Part shown: piece after piece, positions 37,960 to 48,087 of the stretch
Position numbering within the stretch: the first letter of the stretch is position 1
How the letters are laid out: the number at the start of each line of letters is the position of its first letter
The notes under the pieces: model-generated
Seen by the model: the letters and a program-made list of their open reading frames with translations, nothing else
The model's database searches: none
Told to the model about the DNA's origin: nothing
Made by a program: the position numbers and the translations under genes
NCBI GenBank assembly: GCA_964242425.1
Contig: CAXTCK010000002.1
Span: 1-54,503 of the forward strand
Source: an uncultured Acetobacteraceae bacterium
GTDB lineage: Bacteria > Pseudomonadota > Alphaproteobacteria > Acetobacterales > Acetobacteraceae
Length of the DNA stretch: 54,503 nucleotides
Direction: 5' to 3'

Positions 37960-38868
37960 ATGAATGAGCGGCCGAGCTTGTCCGAGCTGAGCGCGCTGGC
38001 GGCGGTCGCAGCGCATCGCAGCTTCCGCAAGGCCGCCGACGAGCTGCAGCTGTCGCCGTCCACGCTCAGCCACGTGATCCGGGCGCTGGAAGCGCGGGTG
38101 GGCGTGCGCCTGCTGCATCGTACCACGCGCAGCGTGTCCGCGACCGAGGCCGGACAGCGCCTGGTGGCGCGGCTGCAGCCGGTGCTGCGCGACCTCGACC
38201 TGGCGCTGGCGGAGGTGGACAGCTTCCGCGACCGGCCGAGCGGAACCCTGCGCATCAACAGCGCCGAGGGACCGGCACGCCTGCTGCTGGCCACCGTGGT
38301 GCCGGCGTTCCTGGCGCGGCATCCCGAGATGTCGCTCGACCTGGTCACCGAAGGACGCCTGGTGGACATCGTGGCGGAAGGCTTCGATGCCGGCATCCGG
38401 CTGGGCGAGGCGGTGCCGCAGGACATGGTGGCGGTGCGCTTCGGCGGGCCGGTTCGCTTCGTGGCGGTCGCCTCGCCCGGCTACCTCGCGGGCGAGGGCG
38501 CGCCGCAAACGCCGGACGACCTGTCCCGGCACCACTGCATCCGGTTCCGCCTGCGCAGCGGCAGGCTGTTCCGCTGGGAATTCGCGCGGCACGGCCAGGA
38601 GCTGGCGGTCGAGGTTCCGGGACCGCTGATCCTGGACCACGTGGAGCTGATGGCGGAGGCTGCCGCGGCAGACCTGGGCATCGCCTACGTGCCGGAACGC
38701 ACCGCCGATCCGTTCGTGGCGGCAGGCCGGCTTGTCACCGTGCTGGACGAGTGGTGCCCGCGCATCCCGGGGCTGTTCCTCTACTATCCCGGGCACCGGC
38801 AGGTGCCGCCGGGCCTGCGCGCCTTCATCGACGTGCTGAAGCAGGTCGAGCGCGCGCCGGAACCATGA
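37960..38868 (+). CDS. LysR-family regulator
   Basis: SFRKAADEL, LLHRTTRSV, GFDAGIR; divergent from the SDR gene. Confidence 0.96.
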   Translation: MNERPSLSELSALAAVAAHRSFRKAADELQLSPSTLSHVIRALEARVGVRLLHRTTRSVSATEAGQRLVARLQPVLRDLDLALAEVDSFRDRPSGTLRINSAEGPARLLLATVVPAFLARHPEMSLDLVTEGRLVDIVAEGFDAGIRLGEAVPQDMVAVRFGGPVRFVAVASPGYLAGEGAPQTPDDLSRHHCIRFRLRSGRLFRWEFARHGQELAVEVPGPLILDHVELMAEAAAADLGIAYVPERTADPFVAAGRLVTVLDEWCPRIPGLFLYYPGHRQVPPGLRAFIDVLKQVERAPEP

Positions 38869-38875
38869 ACGCTGT

Positions 38876-39778
38876 TCATGAAAGCAGCAGCACGTCCTCC
38901 CGCGGCTGATGCTGCTTGGTCTTGTAGCCGGGCTCGACGTGGATGCTGATCACCGCCTGGCCGACCCGGGAGCGGATCGCGGTCTCGATCCGGTCGCAGA
39001 TCCCGTGTGCTGCTTCCACCGTCATCTCGCTCGGCACCACCAGGTGGAACTCCACGAAGGTCATGCGGCCGGCGGCGCGCAGGCGCACGTCGTGCGCCTC
39101 GATCGCGCCGCCGCCGCCCTCCGCGATGGCGTCGCGCAGCATGGACACGTCCTGGAGGTCCGGCACCTCGTCCATCAGCCCGCCGACCGAGGAACGCAGC
39201 ACCGCATAGCCGGCGCGCAGGATGTTGAGCGCCACCACGGCCGCCACGGCGGGATCGATCCAGCCCAGGCCGGTCAGCGGCACCAGCGCGAAGCCCGCCA
39301 GCACCGCCACGGTGGTCCACACGTCGGTCATCACGTGCCGGCCGCCGGCGAGCAGCGCCGGGGACCGGACGCGCCGGCCTTCCCGGAGCAGCACCAGCGC
39401 CCAGACGAGGTTGACCCCGCCGCCGGCGGCGTTGACCGCGATGCCGAGCCAGGGCGCCCGGACCGCCGGCGGATGATCCAGCCCCTGCCACGCGGCGCCG
39501 CCGATCATGACGGCGGTGGCAAGCACCAGCCCGCCCTCGACGATGGCGCTGAAGTACTCGGCCTTGTAGTGGCCGTAGCGGTGGTTGGCGTCCGGCGGGC
39601 GGGCGCTGTACCACAGGGCGAACACCGCAGCACCCGCGGTCGCGACGTTGATCACGGTTTCCAGCGCGTCGGAATACAGCGCCACGCTGCCGGTGAGCCG
39701 GTAGGCGGCGGCCTTGATCGCCAGCACCAGCAGGCTGACGGCCAGGCTGGACCAGGCGATGGCGAGCGTCCGGTTCAT
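38876..39778 (-). CDS. Cation diffusion facilitator (FieF-like)
   Basis: AGGAGG RBS; SDALE, HRYGHYKAEY, HVMTD, IHVEP. Confidence 0.93.
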   Translation of the reverse strand: MNRTLAIAWSSLAVSLLVLAIKAAAYRLTGSVALYSDALETVINVATAGAAVFALWYSARPPDANHRYGHYKAEYFSAIVEGGLVLATAVMIGGAAWQGLDHPPAVRAPWLGIAVNAAGGGVNLVWALVLLREGRRVRSPALLAGGRHVMTDVWTTVAVLAGFALVPLTGLGWIDPAVAAVVALNILRAGYAVLRSSVGGLMDEVPDLQDVSMLRDAIAEGGGGAIEAHDVRLRAAGRMTFVEFHLVVPSEMTVEAAHGICDRIETAIRSRVGQAVISIHVEPGYKTKQHQPREDVLLLS

Positions 39779-40093
39779 CGGCCCCTCCTGGGGCTCCGCC
39801 TGGCGCCCGTCCTTGTCCGCATGCACCATGATCCGGCAGGCGACCGCAAGGGTTCCGGCCAGGCGATGCGACCGGGACCCCACGCCAGTTGCGCAGGCGC
39901 CACGCGGACAGGACCGGGAGAACGAACCGGGGCCGGGTGCCGCCTGCCTGGACTGCGGCATCGGGCTGGCCGAGCCATCCTGCCACGGCTGCAGCCTGCG
40001 GGGCGAGGCGCACCGTCCGGTGCCGCGCAACCATCACCCCATGCGGACAGCCGGTCCCGGCGCAGCCAGGCCGGGACCGCATCGGAGGCAGGC

Positions 40094-40363
40094 ATGCCCC
40101 GCAAAATCCCGCTGCTCGGGCTGTTCAACGTCGGCGCACCGGCCAAAGAACGGTTCGAAAGGCGGTCGGACGCAGCACAGCACCGGAAGCTCGACCGCGC
40201 CGTGGACGGGCTGCGCATCGACAACCGGGCGCTGGCGACGCAATGGCTAAGACGCCTGCACCGGGCGGGGGGGGACGGTCCGGACGCGGCGCTGGCAGCG
40301 ATGCGCGACCGGTCGGAACAATCCACCGCTCTGCTTCCGTTCCTGGCCAAGCTGATGCCGTAG
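40094..40363 (+). CDS. Hypothetical protein (89 aa)
   Basis: GGAGG RBS before ATG 40094. It is the C-terminal part of track ORF 38909..40363. Confidence 0.6.
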   Translation: MPRKIPLLGLFNVGAPAKERFERRSDAAQHRKLDRAVDGLRIDNRALATQWLRRLHRAGGDGPDAALAAMRDRSEQSTALLPFLAKLMP

Positions 40364-40559
40364 CCGCTGCACCTGCCGCAGCGGCGCCATCCACTGCCCG
40401 ACCACGTGATCGTTTCGATCCGCTCGCCATGGCTCGCCAGTCTGGTGCTGGCGGCGCTGTTCCTCGCCAACACCGTGGCGTGCGCCTCGCAGGCACGCGG
40501 CTGCGCATGGCGGTGTTCTGGCGACGGGCGCGCGCGGCTGACACCATGGCGCATGCGCG

Positions 40560-41594
40560 TCAGCGCCGGTCGCGATACACCACCGGCCAGTCCTCGACCG
40601 CCAGGCCGCGGCAGGCGGTCATCAGGCGTGCCAGCACGAGGCGGAACCGGCTGCCGTCCCAACGATAGGCGCGGAAGTCGCCGCAATCGCCGAGGCCGCG
40701 GCTGGGTGCGGTGGCGGCGATGTCGCGTCCATCGGGACCGGGCTCGGCATCGACCAGCACGCCCGGCGGATGCGTCGCCATCTGCGGCAGGACGGGAAAG
40801 ATCGCTGGCACGGCCGGGCCGCGCGTGCCGGCCAGCACGAACAGGGTATCGCGGTCGAAGTTGCCGTTGCCGCAGGGGATCGCCCACAGCGCGCTCGACG
40901 GGTCGAGCTGCCAGGCCGCGACCCCGCCGGACGGCTCGCTTCCGTCTTCCTGCCGGCTGCAGGCGCGCAGGGCGGGCAGCGTCGACACCGCGGCCGGCAC
41001 GCGTCGCGGGTCCGGCTGCGGGCCGTCAACGGCGGGAGGCGGCGGCCTGATCGGCGGCAACGGGTCCGGCATCCGGTGCTGCCGCTGCTCGACCCAGTCC
41101 AGCGCCGCGGCAGCACCGGGCAGGCGAAGGATGCCGAACGCGACCGGCCGGCCGCCGGCATGGGCTGGCGGCCGGAACAAGGTGATGCGGCCGTCGCCGT
41201 GCAGCGCCGGCAGCAGGGCGGCGACCTCGCCGGCGGACAGGATGCCGCGCACCGTGCCTGGTCCGGAGGCCAGCAGCCGGACCGTCACCGCCGGCCCGCG
41301 CCTCGGCGCCTGCAGGCGCAGGCTGGCGAAGCGGCCGTCCTCCGGCTGCAGGACCATCGCGATGGTGGAAGGCGCACCGCGAGGACGCGACAGGATCAGG
41401 GTGGCGGGTCCGCCGCCGGCGCCGAAGCCGTCGCCAAAGCCGTCAATGGTGCAGTCGCCGGTGTTGTCGCAGGACGCCAGCCAGTCGCCGAACAGCTGCG
41501 ACGGCGGGAGGTGCGGCGACGCGGCGCCGTGCGCGCATGCAGCCGCGCGAAGCAAGGCCATCAGGAACAGGAACGGTCCTCGTGCATGCGCCAC
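40560..41594 (-). CDS. Exported DUF1176-like protein
   Basis: Signal-like N-terminus, FGDWLASCDNTGDC, RGLGDCG, YRWDG. Start uncertain. Confidence 0.75.
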   Translation of the reverse strand: MAHARGPFLFLMALLRAAACAHGAASPHLPPSQLFGDWLASCDNTGDCTIDGFGDGFGAGGGPATLILSRPRGAPSTIAMVLQPEDGRFASLRLQAPRRGPAVTVRLLASGPGTVRGILSAGEVAALLPALHGDGRITLFRPPAHAGGRPVAFGILRLPGAAAALDWVEQRQHRMPDPLPPIRPPPPAVDGPQPDPRRVPAAVSTLPALRACSRQEDGSEPSGGVAAWQLDPSSALWAIPCGNGNFDRDTLFVLAGTRGPAVPAIFPVLPQMATHPPGVLVDAEPGPDGRDIAATAPSRGLGDCGDFRAYRWDGSRFRLVLARLMTACRGLAVEDWPVVYRDRR

Positions 41595-41622
41595 GGCCGG
41601 CGTGCCCTGCCTTACCGCTGCC

Positions 41623-42723
41623 TCAGTCGGTGCCGCGCACCGAGTCGTCGCCAAGCACGTCGGCAACGTAGAGCTCGCGCACCAGCACCATGCCGGCGGC
41701 GGCGAGCGGGGTGCCGAGGATGATGCCGAGCGGCCCGAACAGGGTGCCGGACACGGTCATGGACATCACCGTCAGCGCCGGCGGGATCTCGACCATGTGC
41801 TTCTGGATCAGCGGCGACATCACGTAGCCCTCGATCAGGTGCACCACGAGGAACACCCCCACCGTCAGCAGCGCCAGATGCGGGCTGACGGACAAGGCCA
41901 CCAGCACCGCGGGAATGCCGGCCAGCACCGCGCCGAAATACGGGATGAAGGTCAGCAGCCCGGCCACGACGCCGAGCGCCAGCGGCACCGGCACGCCGAG
42001 CAGGAACAGGCCTCCCGACGTCAGCACCGCGACGGCGATCATGTCCATGATCTGGCCGAGCAGCCATCGGCGCATGGTGCGGCCGGCGCGGTGCATCACC
42101 TCGCGGCCGCGGGCGCGGTGGCGGATCGGCAGAAGGCGGAGCACGCCGCCGATGTAGAGTTCGGGCGAGATGGCGAAGTACAGCGCCGTGATCACCAGCA
42201 GCACCACCGAGGCAAGGAAGTCGAGCGTCATCCCCAGCACCCTGGCCGCCGGTGCCGCCAGGGTGCTGGGCGCGCTGCCGGCCATCGGCTGCTGCAGGTG
42301 ATGCATGATGCGTTGGCCCCAGGCGGTCTGGCCGTAGCGGTCCTGCAGCATGCTGCCCTCGTGCTGCAGTTTGGTTACGAGGTCGGAGCCCTGCTGCGCC
42401 AGCCGCGGGCCGATCGTCAGCGCCAGCCCGACCGCGAGGGCGACCAGGACCAGGCTGATAAGAAGCAGCATCCAGCTGGCGCGCAGGCCCGTCCGCACCG
42501 CGAGCCAGTCGGCGCCCCCGCGCAGGGTGGCGCCGAGCAGCACGGCGAAGAACACCAGCAGCAGCACCGACGGCAGCAGCCAAAGCAGCAGCAGCGCCGC
42601 CGCGGCCAGCGCGGTCGCGCGCAGCACCACGGCAATCCAGGTGAGCGGGAAGCGGATCAACGCCGGCGGCTCAGCGTTCCCGTCCGCGGCAGGCAATCGG
42701 TCAACAGCTTGCATCGTCGGCAT
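41623..42723 (-). CDS. AI-2E (PerM/UPF0118) family transporter
   Basis: FIPYFG, EGYVMSPLIQ, GIILGTP; multiple TM segments. Confidence 0.92.
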   Translation of the reverse strand: MPTMQAVDRLPAADGNAEPPALIRFPLTWIAVVLRATALAAAALLLLWLLPSVLLLVFFAVLLGATLRGGADWLAVRTGLRASWMLLLISLVLVALAVGLALTIGPRLAQQGSDLVTKLQHEGSMLQDRYGQTAWGQRIMHHLQQPMAGSAPSTLAAPAARVLGMTLDFLASVVLLVITALYFAISPELYIGGVLRLLPIRHRARGREVMHRAGRTMRRWLLGQIMDMIAVAVLTSGGLFLLGVPVPLALGVVAGLLTFIPYFGAVLAGIPAVLVALSVSPHLALLTVGVFLVVHLIEGYVMSPLIQKHMVEIPPALTVMSMTVSGTLFGPLGIILGTPLAAAGMVLVRELYVADVLGDDSVRGTD

Positions 42724-42811
42724 CCGGCTGGAAGGCCGGCATTGTCACGCAGATCGGCAGGCTGGGCGAGGGTGCAGCGGCCCCGCGCGCCCGGACCCCC
42801 GCCCCGGCCCT

Positions 42812-44449
42812 TCAGAACAGGAAGTGCAGCAGCCAGTACAGCGAGCCCGCCAGGGTAATCGCCACCGGCAGGGTCAGCACCCAGGCCAAGCCGAGGTTGC
42901 GCAGGGTGCGCGTCTGCAGCCCCGACCCGTTCGCCGCCATGGCGCCCGCCACGCCGCTGGACAGGATGTGGGTGGTCGACACCGGCAGGCCGTAGGCCTC
43001 GGCCAGGCCGATGGTGACGGCGGCGACGATCTCGGCCGAGGCGCCCTGGCCGTAGGTCATGTGGGTCTTGCCGATCTTCTCGCCCACGGTGACGACGATG
43101 CGCTTCCAGCCGACCATGGTGCCGAGGCCGAGCGCCACCGCGACCGACACCTTGACCCAGACCGGGATGAAGCGGGTGCCGTGGTTGAGGTCGCCCGCAT
43201 AGGTCTTCAACGTTGCCTGCTCGGCGGCGGGGAAGTGGCCGCCGGCCTTGGGCAGGATGCGCACCGCCTCGGCGGTCAGGTACATGTCGTTGCGGACGTT
43301 GGACACCGCCTCGGCGGGCACGTGGCTGATCGCGCCATAGTCGCGGATCTTGGTGGCGATGTCGGTGGAAAGCGAGGCCAGGGCGGCATAAACCTGCGGC
43401 TTGTCGAGCTGCCTGGTCTTGAGTGCCGTGTCGACCACGCCGCGCGCGTGGCCCGGATCGGTGGCCGGCGCGCCGGACGCGCGCGCCTGGAAGATCGCCG
43501 CCGCCTGCTGGCTGGTCTGCACGAAGGCGGGCGTCTCGGATTCCGGGATCGCGCGGTTCAGCGCAAAGGCGGTGGGAGCGGCACCGATCAGGATCAGCAT
43601 GATCAGGCCCATGCCCTTCTGCCCGTCATTGCCGCCATGGCTGAACGACACGCCGGTGCAGGTCAGGATCAGCAGGCCGCGGATCCACAGCGGCGGCGGC
43701 TTGTCGCCTTCCGGGGCCTTCCACAGCTCCGGGCGGCGGATCAGCAGCTTGCCCAGCAGCAGCAGGCCGCCGGCGGCGACGAAGCCGACGATCGGGCTGA
43801 ACACCAGCGACTTCAGCACCTTGAACGCCTGGTCCCATTGCACGCCGGAGCTGGCAACGCCCGGCGGGGTCATGAGCTGGTTGGCCAGGCCCACGCCGAG
43901 GATGGAGCCGATCAGGGCGTGCGACGACGAGTTCGGGATGCCGAACGCCCAGGTGAGGAGGTTCCAGATGATCGCCGCCAGCAGCAGGGCGAAGATCATC
44001 GGATAGCCGCTGGTGCTGCCGGAGTTCAGGATCAGGTCGATCGGCAGCAGGGTGATGATCGAGTACGCCACTGCCCCGGTCGACACCAGCACGCCGAGGA
44101 AGTTGAAGAACCCCGACCACACCACCGCGACCGGCGGCGCCAGGCTGCGGGTGTAGATCACCGTGGCGACCGCGTTGGCGGTGTCGTGGAAGCCGTTGAC
44201 GAACTCGAAGCCGAGCGCGATCAGCAGCGCCAGGCCCAGCAGCACCAGCGTGCCGATCGCCAGCGGCGCGGTGTGGGTTTCGTGCATGGCGGAAACCAGC
44301 CCGTAAACCGCATAGCCGAGTCCGCCCAGCAGAAGCACGGCGAACAGGATCACGCTCGGAAGGTTGGGCGATCCCGGGCGGTCGCCCTTGCGTGCCGTTC
44401 CTTGACTGGTGGCGAAGGGACCCGCGCGGTTCAGGGTGGCGTCCGACAT
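42812..44449 (-). CDS. pitA: PiT-family inorganic phosphate transporter
   Basis: NGFHDTANAVAT, SHGGNDGQK, PVSTTH. Confidence 0.92.
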   Translation of the reverse strand: MSDATLNRAGPFATSQGTARKGDRPGSPNLPSVILFAVLLLGGLGYAVYGLVSAMHETHTAPLAIGTLVLLGLALLIALGFEFVNGFHDTANAVATVIYTRSLAPPVAVVWSGFFNFLGVLVSTGAVAYSIITLLPIDLILNSGSTSGYPMIFALLLAAIIWNLLTWAFGIPNSSSHALIGSILGVGLANQLMTPPGVASSGVQWDQAFKVLKSLVFSPIVGFVAAGGLLLLGKLLIRRPELWKAPEGDKPPPLWIRGLLILTCTGVSFSHGGNDGQKGMGLIMLILIGAAPTAFALNRAIPESETPAFVQTSQQAAAIFQARASGAPATDPGHARGVVDTALKTRQLDKPQVYAALASLSTDIATKIRDYGAISHVPAEAVSNVRNDMYLTAEAVRILPKAGGHFPAAEQATLKTYAGDLNHGTRFIPVWVKVSVAVALGLGTMVGWKRIVVTVGEKIGKTHMTYGQGASAEIVAAVTIGLAEAYGLPVSTTHILSSGVAGAMAANGSGLQTRTLRNLGLAWVLTLPVAITLAGSLYWLLHFLF

Positions 44450-44597
44450 GGGGCAGCTCTCGCTCGTGTTCGCCGTGTTCTAGCCCGGCGAAGGGTCGCG
44501 ATGTCGGCACCAGTGTGACGGTTGCATGAAGAGTGCGGCGGAACCGGGCGAGCGGTCGGTCGGGTCCCGCCCGTGCGATGGCGGACGGGCTCGCGTA

Positions 44598-45206
44598 TCA
44601 GTCCGGCCGGCGGCCGCTTCCCGCGGTGGCGAGGGCGGCCACGGCGATGCCGCCGAGCATGGCGAAAACGGTGGCGACCGGCCGCTTGCCACCCTTCCTG
44701 CCGACGCCGTTATAGCCAGCCGCGCCGGACTGCCGGCTCAGGCGACGCGCCAGCTTGGTGAACGTCCTGTCGAGGCTGCCCGTCTCGCCCAGGGTCTTGC
44801 CGAGCAGGCGTGCTGCCTTCTTGTGGCCGAGCAACTGGGCGTAGGAGCGCAGCGTGCCATAGGTGGCGAGGTAGAAATGCGCCGCCACCTGTCCCGACGC
44901 GATGTTGACCAGGTCGCGGGCCACGGGGTCCGGCGCCTGCGCGACCAGGGCCTCGTTGGCTTCCATGATCCCCTGCATCGCGGGATCCTCACGGCCGTCA
45001 GGACGCAGGCCCGCCACCTTGAACACCTTTTCCAGCCGTCGCGCCTGCGTGCGGTTCCGCTTCACCCCGGTCCTGAGCATCGCGCGCAGCTTCGGCGAGG
45101 TGGAAGCGCGCACGTTGGCCGCAGCCTGCTTCGCACCCTGCTGGTGCGCGCCGTAAAGGTATTGCAGGCCATCGGTGAACAAAGTGCCGATTGTGCCGGA
45201 AATCAT
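44598..45206 (-). CDS. DUF892/YciF-like ferritin-fold protein, degenerate
   Basis: LFTDGLQYLY, QARRLEKVF, AMQGI, ATYGTL, LLGKTLGE; C-terminal hydrophobic helix. Confidence 0.75.
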   Translation of the reverse strand: MISGTIGTLFTDGLQYLYGAHQQGAKQAAANVRASTSPKLRAMLRTGVKRNRTQARRLEKVFKVAGLRPDGREDPAMQGIMEANEALVAQAPDPVARDLVNIASGQVAAHFYLATYGTLRSYAQLLGHKKAARLLGKTLGETGSLDRTFTKLARRLSRQSGAAGYNGVGRKGGKRPVATVFAMLGGIAVAALATAGSGRRPD

Positions 45207-45396
45207 GGGTGCCTGTCCGATCATCGTGCCGGACCATCCCGGCCCCCGGACAACGGCGGATCGGCTCGGAGGATGCCAGGGAAGCGGTCACGATCCCGCC
45301 CAGGACCTGCCCTGCGAGTCCCCCGACGACCGTCGCGACTTCCGCGACCGGCGGCCACGACGGGACCGCGGACCCCCGCCACGGCAGGCTCGCGCC

Positions 45397-46068
45397 TCAG
45401 GCCCCGGGACCGGAACCGGTCAAGCGCGCCTGCACGTTCTCCTCGATGGCACGCAGGGTGTGCTCGAGGTGCTCGGCCGTCTTTCGCACCACCGCTTCGG
45501 CGTCCCCGCTCTGGTAGTGCCGCAGCAGGTCCGCGTGGTCGGCGTTGTTGGACACCATCAGCTCGGGTGCCGCGTGCATGGACAGCGTGACATAGGCGCC
45601 CGCCGCTTCCGCGAGGTTCGCGACGATCCTGGCCAGCCTGCCGTCGGGGGCGGATCGGGTCAGCTCGCGGTGGAAGACCACGTTGAGCGCCGCCCATTGT
45701 TCCGGATCGTGCTCGGCGCAGAGCCGGCGATGGGTCGCCTCGGCGGCCGCGAGATGTCCGGGCAACGCGGAAGCCAGGGCGCAGGCCGCGAGCCTCGGCT
45801 CGAGCAGGATGCGAAGCTGGTAGAGCTCGCGAACATCCGCAAGCGTAAGCCCGCGAACCAGCACGCCGCGATGGCTGTCCAGCCCGATCAGACCCTCGGC
45901 CAGCAGGTCGCGGAAGGCCTCGCGGACAGGGGTGGTGCTGACGCCGAGACGCACGGCGACTTCCTCCTGCCGGAGCCGGGTGCCGGCGCCGTGCGTCCCT
46001 TTCATGATCTCGGCCCGGAGCATGCCGACCACATACTGCCTTGTTGTCTGGGGCCGCCTCATTTCCAT
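45397..46068 (-). CDS. GntR (FCD) family regulator
   Basis: LRQEEVAVRLGVSTTPVREA, NVVFH. Confidence 0.92.
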   Translation of the reverse strand: MEMRRPQTTRQYVVGMLRAEIMKGTHGAGTRLRQEEVAVRLGVSTTPVREAFRDLLAEGLIGLDSHRGVLVRGLTLADVRELYQLRILLEPRLAACALASALPGHLAAAEATHRRLCAEHDPEQWAALNVVFHRELTRSAPDGRLARIVANLAEAAGAYVTLSMHAAPELMVSNNADHADLLRHYQSGDAEAVVRKTAEHLEHTLRAIEENVQARLTGSGPGA

Positions 46069-46162
46069 CGTTCGTTCCCCAAGCGTCCGCGTTGCAAGGC
46101 AGGCGTTCCCATACCCCCTGGGCGGGCGGTGCTCCAGGGCAGCGAGCGCCTCGCCTCGGTGC

Positions 46163-46174
46163 ATTGTGCACAAT
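46163..46174. promoter_or_regulatory. Palindromic operator candidate ATTGTGCACAAT
   Basis: Perfect 12-bp palindrome in the divergent GntR/ABC intergenic region. Confidence 0.55.
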
Positions 46175-46285
46175 ATCTGACCATGTCGGAGGGCCTGCCG
46201 GCCTCGACACCGCTGCTGGCGGCTTTCACGCCGGTGGCACGGGGCTTGCTGCTGTGGATGTTGCAACAAGCCGGAGCGCTCACCG

Positions 46286-47290
46286 ATGACCGGACTGCCT
46301 GATCAAGGGATCACCCGACGCGGCGTGCTCCAGGCGGCGGGTGCCGCCATCGTTGGCGGGCTCGCCGTGCCCCGCCTCGCCCGGGGCGCCACCCGCGACG
46401 TCGCTTTCGTCGAAGCGGTGCACAACCTCGGTTACATCGATCTTTATGTCGGCCAGCACGCCGGATACTTCGAAAAGAACGGCATCCGGCTGAACGTGTC
46501 GGCCGCCGGCGGCGACACCCAGGCCTTCGCTGCCGTGCTCGGCGGCTCGGCGCTGTTCGGCATCGGCGACCCGACCATGGTCCCGATTTCCGTGGAGCGG
46601 GGCGGTCCCGGCAAGGTGGTCGGCAGCGTGGTGCAGCGCGCGCAGTATTTCGGCGTCTCCAAGACCCTCAAGCCGATCACCGACCCGAAGCAGTTCAAGG
46701 GGCTGCGCATCGTCACCTCGCCTGACCCGAACACCAACTACAGCGTCACCAAGCGCCTGCTGACGCAGGCCGGACTGGTGATCGGCCGCGACGTGCAGAT
46801 CATCCAGGTTTCGCCGGGCACCGAGATCGGGGCCATGCTGGCCGGCCAGGCCGATGTCGCGATCGCCTACCAGCCGGGAGTCGCCCAGGCCAAGTCACAG
46901 GGCGCGCGGATCGTCTTCGACTTCTCCAATGCGATCGGCCCGTTCTGCAACACCGGCATCATGGTGCTCAACCAGACGATCCAGAAGGATCCCGGCGTGA
47001 TCCAGTCGCTGTGCAACGGCTTCCAGCAGGCGATGCACCGGACCTATTCCGACCCGGCCTTCGCCAAGCAGGTCGCGCGCCAGGAGTTCCCTCAGCTTTC
47101 GCCGGACGTGATCGACAACGCGATCGACACCGAGCTGCAGTACCGGATCCCGTCGCAGTCGGTCGTGGTCGACGAGGCGCAATGGGCCAACCTCATGACG
47201 ATGCAGGTCTACCTCAAGAACATCCGGGGCACGACACGCTTCGACCAGATCGTCGACAACAGCTTCGCAAACAAGGCGGCCTCCAGCTGA
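46286..47290 (+). CDS. ABC substrate-binding protein, NMT1/THI5 (NitT/TauT) type, Tat-exported
   Basis: Twin-Arg signal TRRGVL; YVGQHAGYFEKNGI. Confidence 0.9.
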   Translation: MTGLPDQGITRRGVLQAAGAAIVGGLAVPRLARGATRDVAFVEAVHNLGYIDLYVGQHAGYFEKNGIRLNVSAAGGDTQAFAAVLGGSALFGIGDPTMVPISVERGGPGKVVGSVVQRAQYFGVSKTLKPITDPKQFKGLRIVTSPDPNTNYSVTKRLLTQAGLVIGRDVQIIQVSPGTEIGAMLAGQADVAIAYQPGVAQAKSQGARIVFDFSNAIGPFCNTGIMVLNQTIQKDPGVIQSLCNGFQQAMHRTYSDPAFAKQVARQEFPQLSPDVIDNAIDTELQYRIPSQSVVVDEAQWANLMTMQVYLKNIRGTTRFDQIVDNSFANKAASS

Positions 47291-48087
47291 CCGCGACGGC
47301 GCTGCAGGCCTCGACAGCCCGGCGGCCCCTGCTCGAGGCGTATGACCTCGGCAAGGACTTCCTGTCTGAGAACGGCACCGAACTCGAGATCATCCGGTCG
47401 ATCTCGTTCACGCTCGGCCGGGGCGAGATCGTCAGCCTGGTCGGCCCGTCCGGCTGTGGCAAGACCACGCTGCTGAACCTCCTGTGCTGCCTCACCGAAC
47501 CAAGCCGCGGGGCGGTGCTGTGGCACGGCCGGGAAAGCGGCGGCGTGCCGGAGGGCGTCGGTTACATGCTGCAGAAGGACCTGCTGCTTCCGTGGCGGAC
47601 GGCGCTTGGCAACGTCATGCTCGGCCTGCAGGTGAAGGGCGGAACCCGCGCCGCGAACACCGTGCGCGCCCTCGCCCTGCTCGACCAGCTCGGGCTTTCG
47701 GGGTTCGCCCGGCATTATCCCACAACCTTGTCGGGCGGCATGAGGCAGAGGGTGGCGCTGGCGCGCACGCTGGCACCCGAGCCGGACGTGCTTCTCTTCG
47801 ACGAGCCGTTCTCGGCTCTCGACTTCCAGACCAAGCTCCTGATCGAGGGCGACACGCTCCGGCTGGCGCGCGAGCAGGGGCGCTCGCTCCTGCTCATCAC
47901 CCACGACGTCGAGGAAGCGGTCAGCCTGTCGGATCGTGTCCTGGTACTGTCGCGCCGCCCCTGCGTGATCGTCGCCGAGCACGAGATCGAACTCGAGGAG
48001 GACCGCAGCAACCTCATCGCCCTTCGCGAAAGCAGGAGGTTCGCGCAGTATGTCCGCAAGATCTGGACCGAACTTGACATCCGCTGA
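47287..48087 (+). CDS. ABC ATP-binding protein (NitT/TauT)
   Basis: GPSGCGKT, LSGGMRQR, FDEPFSALD, ITHD. Probable CTG start overlapping the SBP stop. Confidence 0.93.
   Translation: MTATALQASTARRPLLEAYDLGKDFLSENGTELEIIRSISFTLGRGEIVSLVGPSGCGKTTLLNLLCCLTEPSRGAVLWHGRESGGVPEGVGYMLQKDLLLPWRTALGNVMLGLQVKGGTRAANTVRALALLDQLGLSGFARHYPTTLSGGMRQRVALARTLAPEPDVLLFDEPFSALDFQTKLLIEGDTLRLAREQGRSLLLITHDVEEAVSLSDRVLVLSRRPCVIVAEHEIELEEDRSNLIALRESRRFAQYVRKIWTELDIR

Noticed and set aside
45250-45278. EcfG-like promoter upstream of the DUF892 gene, and similar partial sites before yihY and pitA
   Set aside because: Only one of the two boxes matches in each case (for example GGCAT-N17-CGTT); too degenerate to call.
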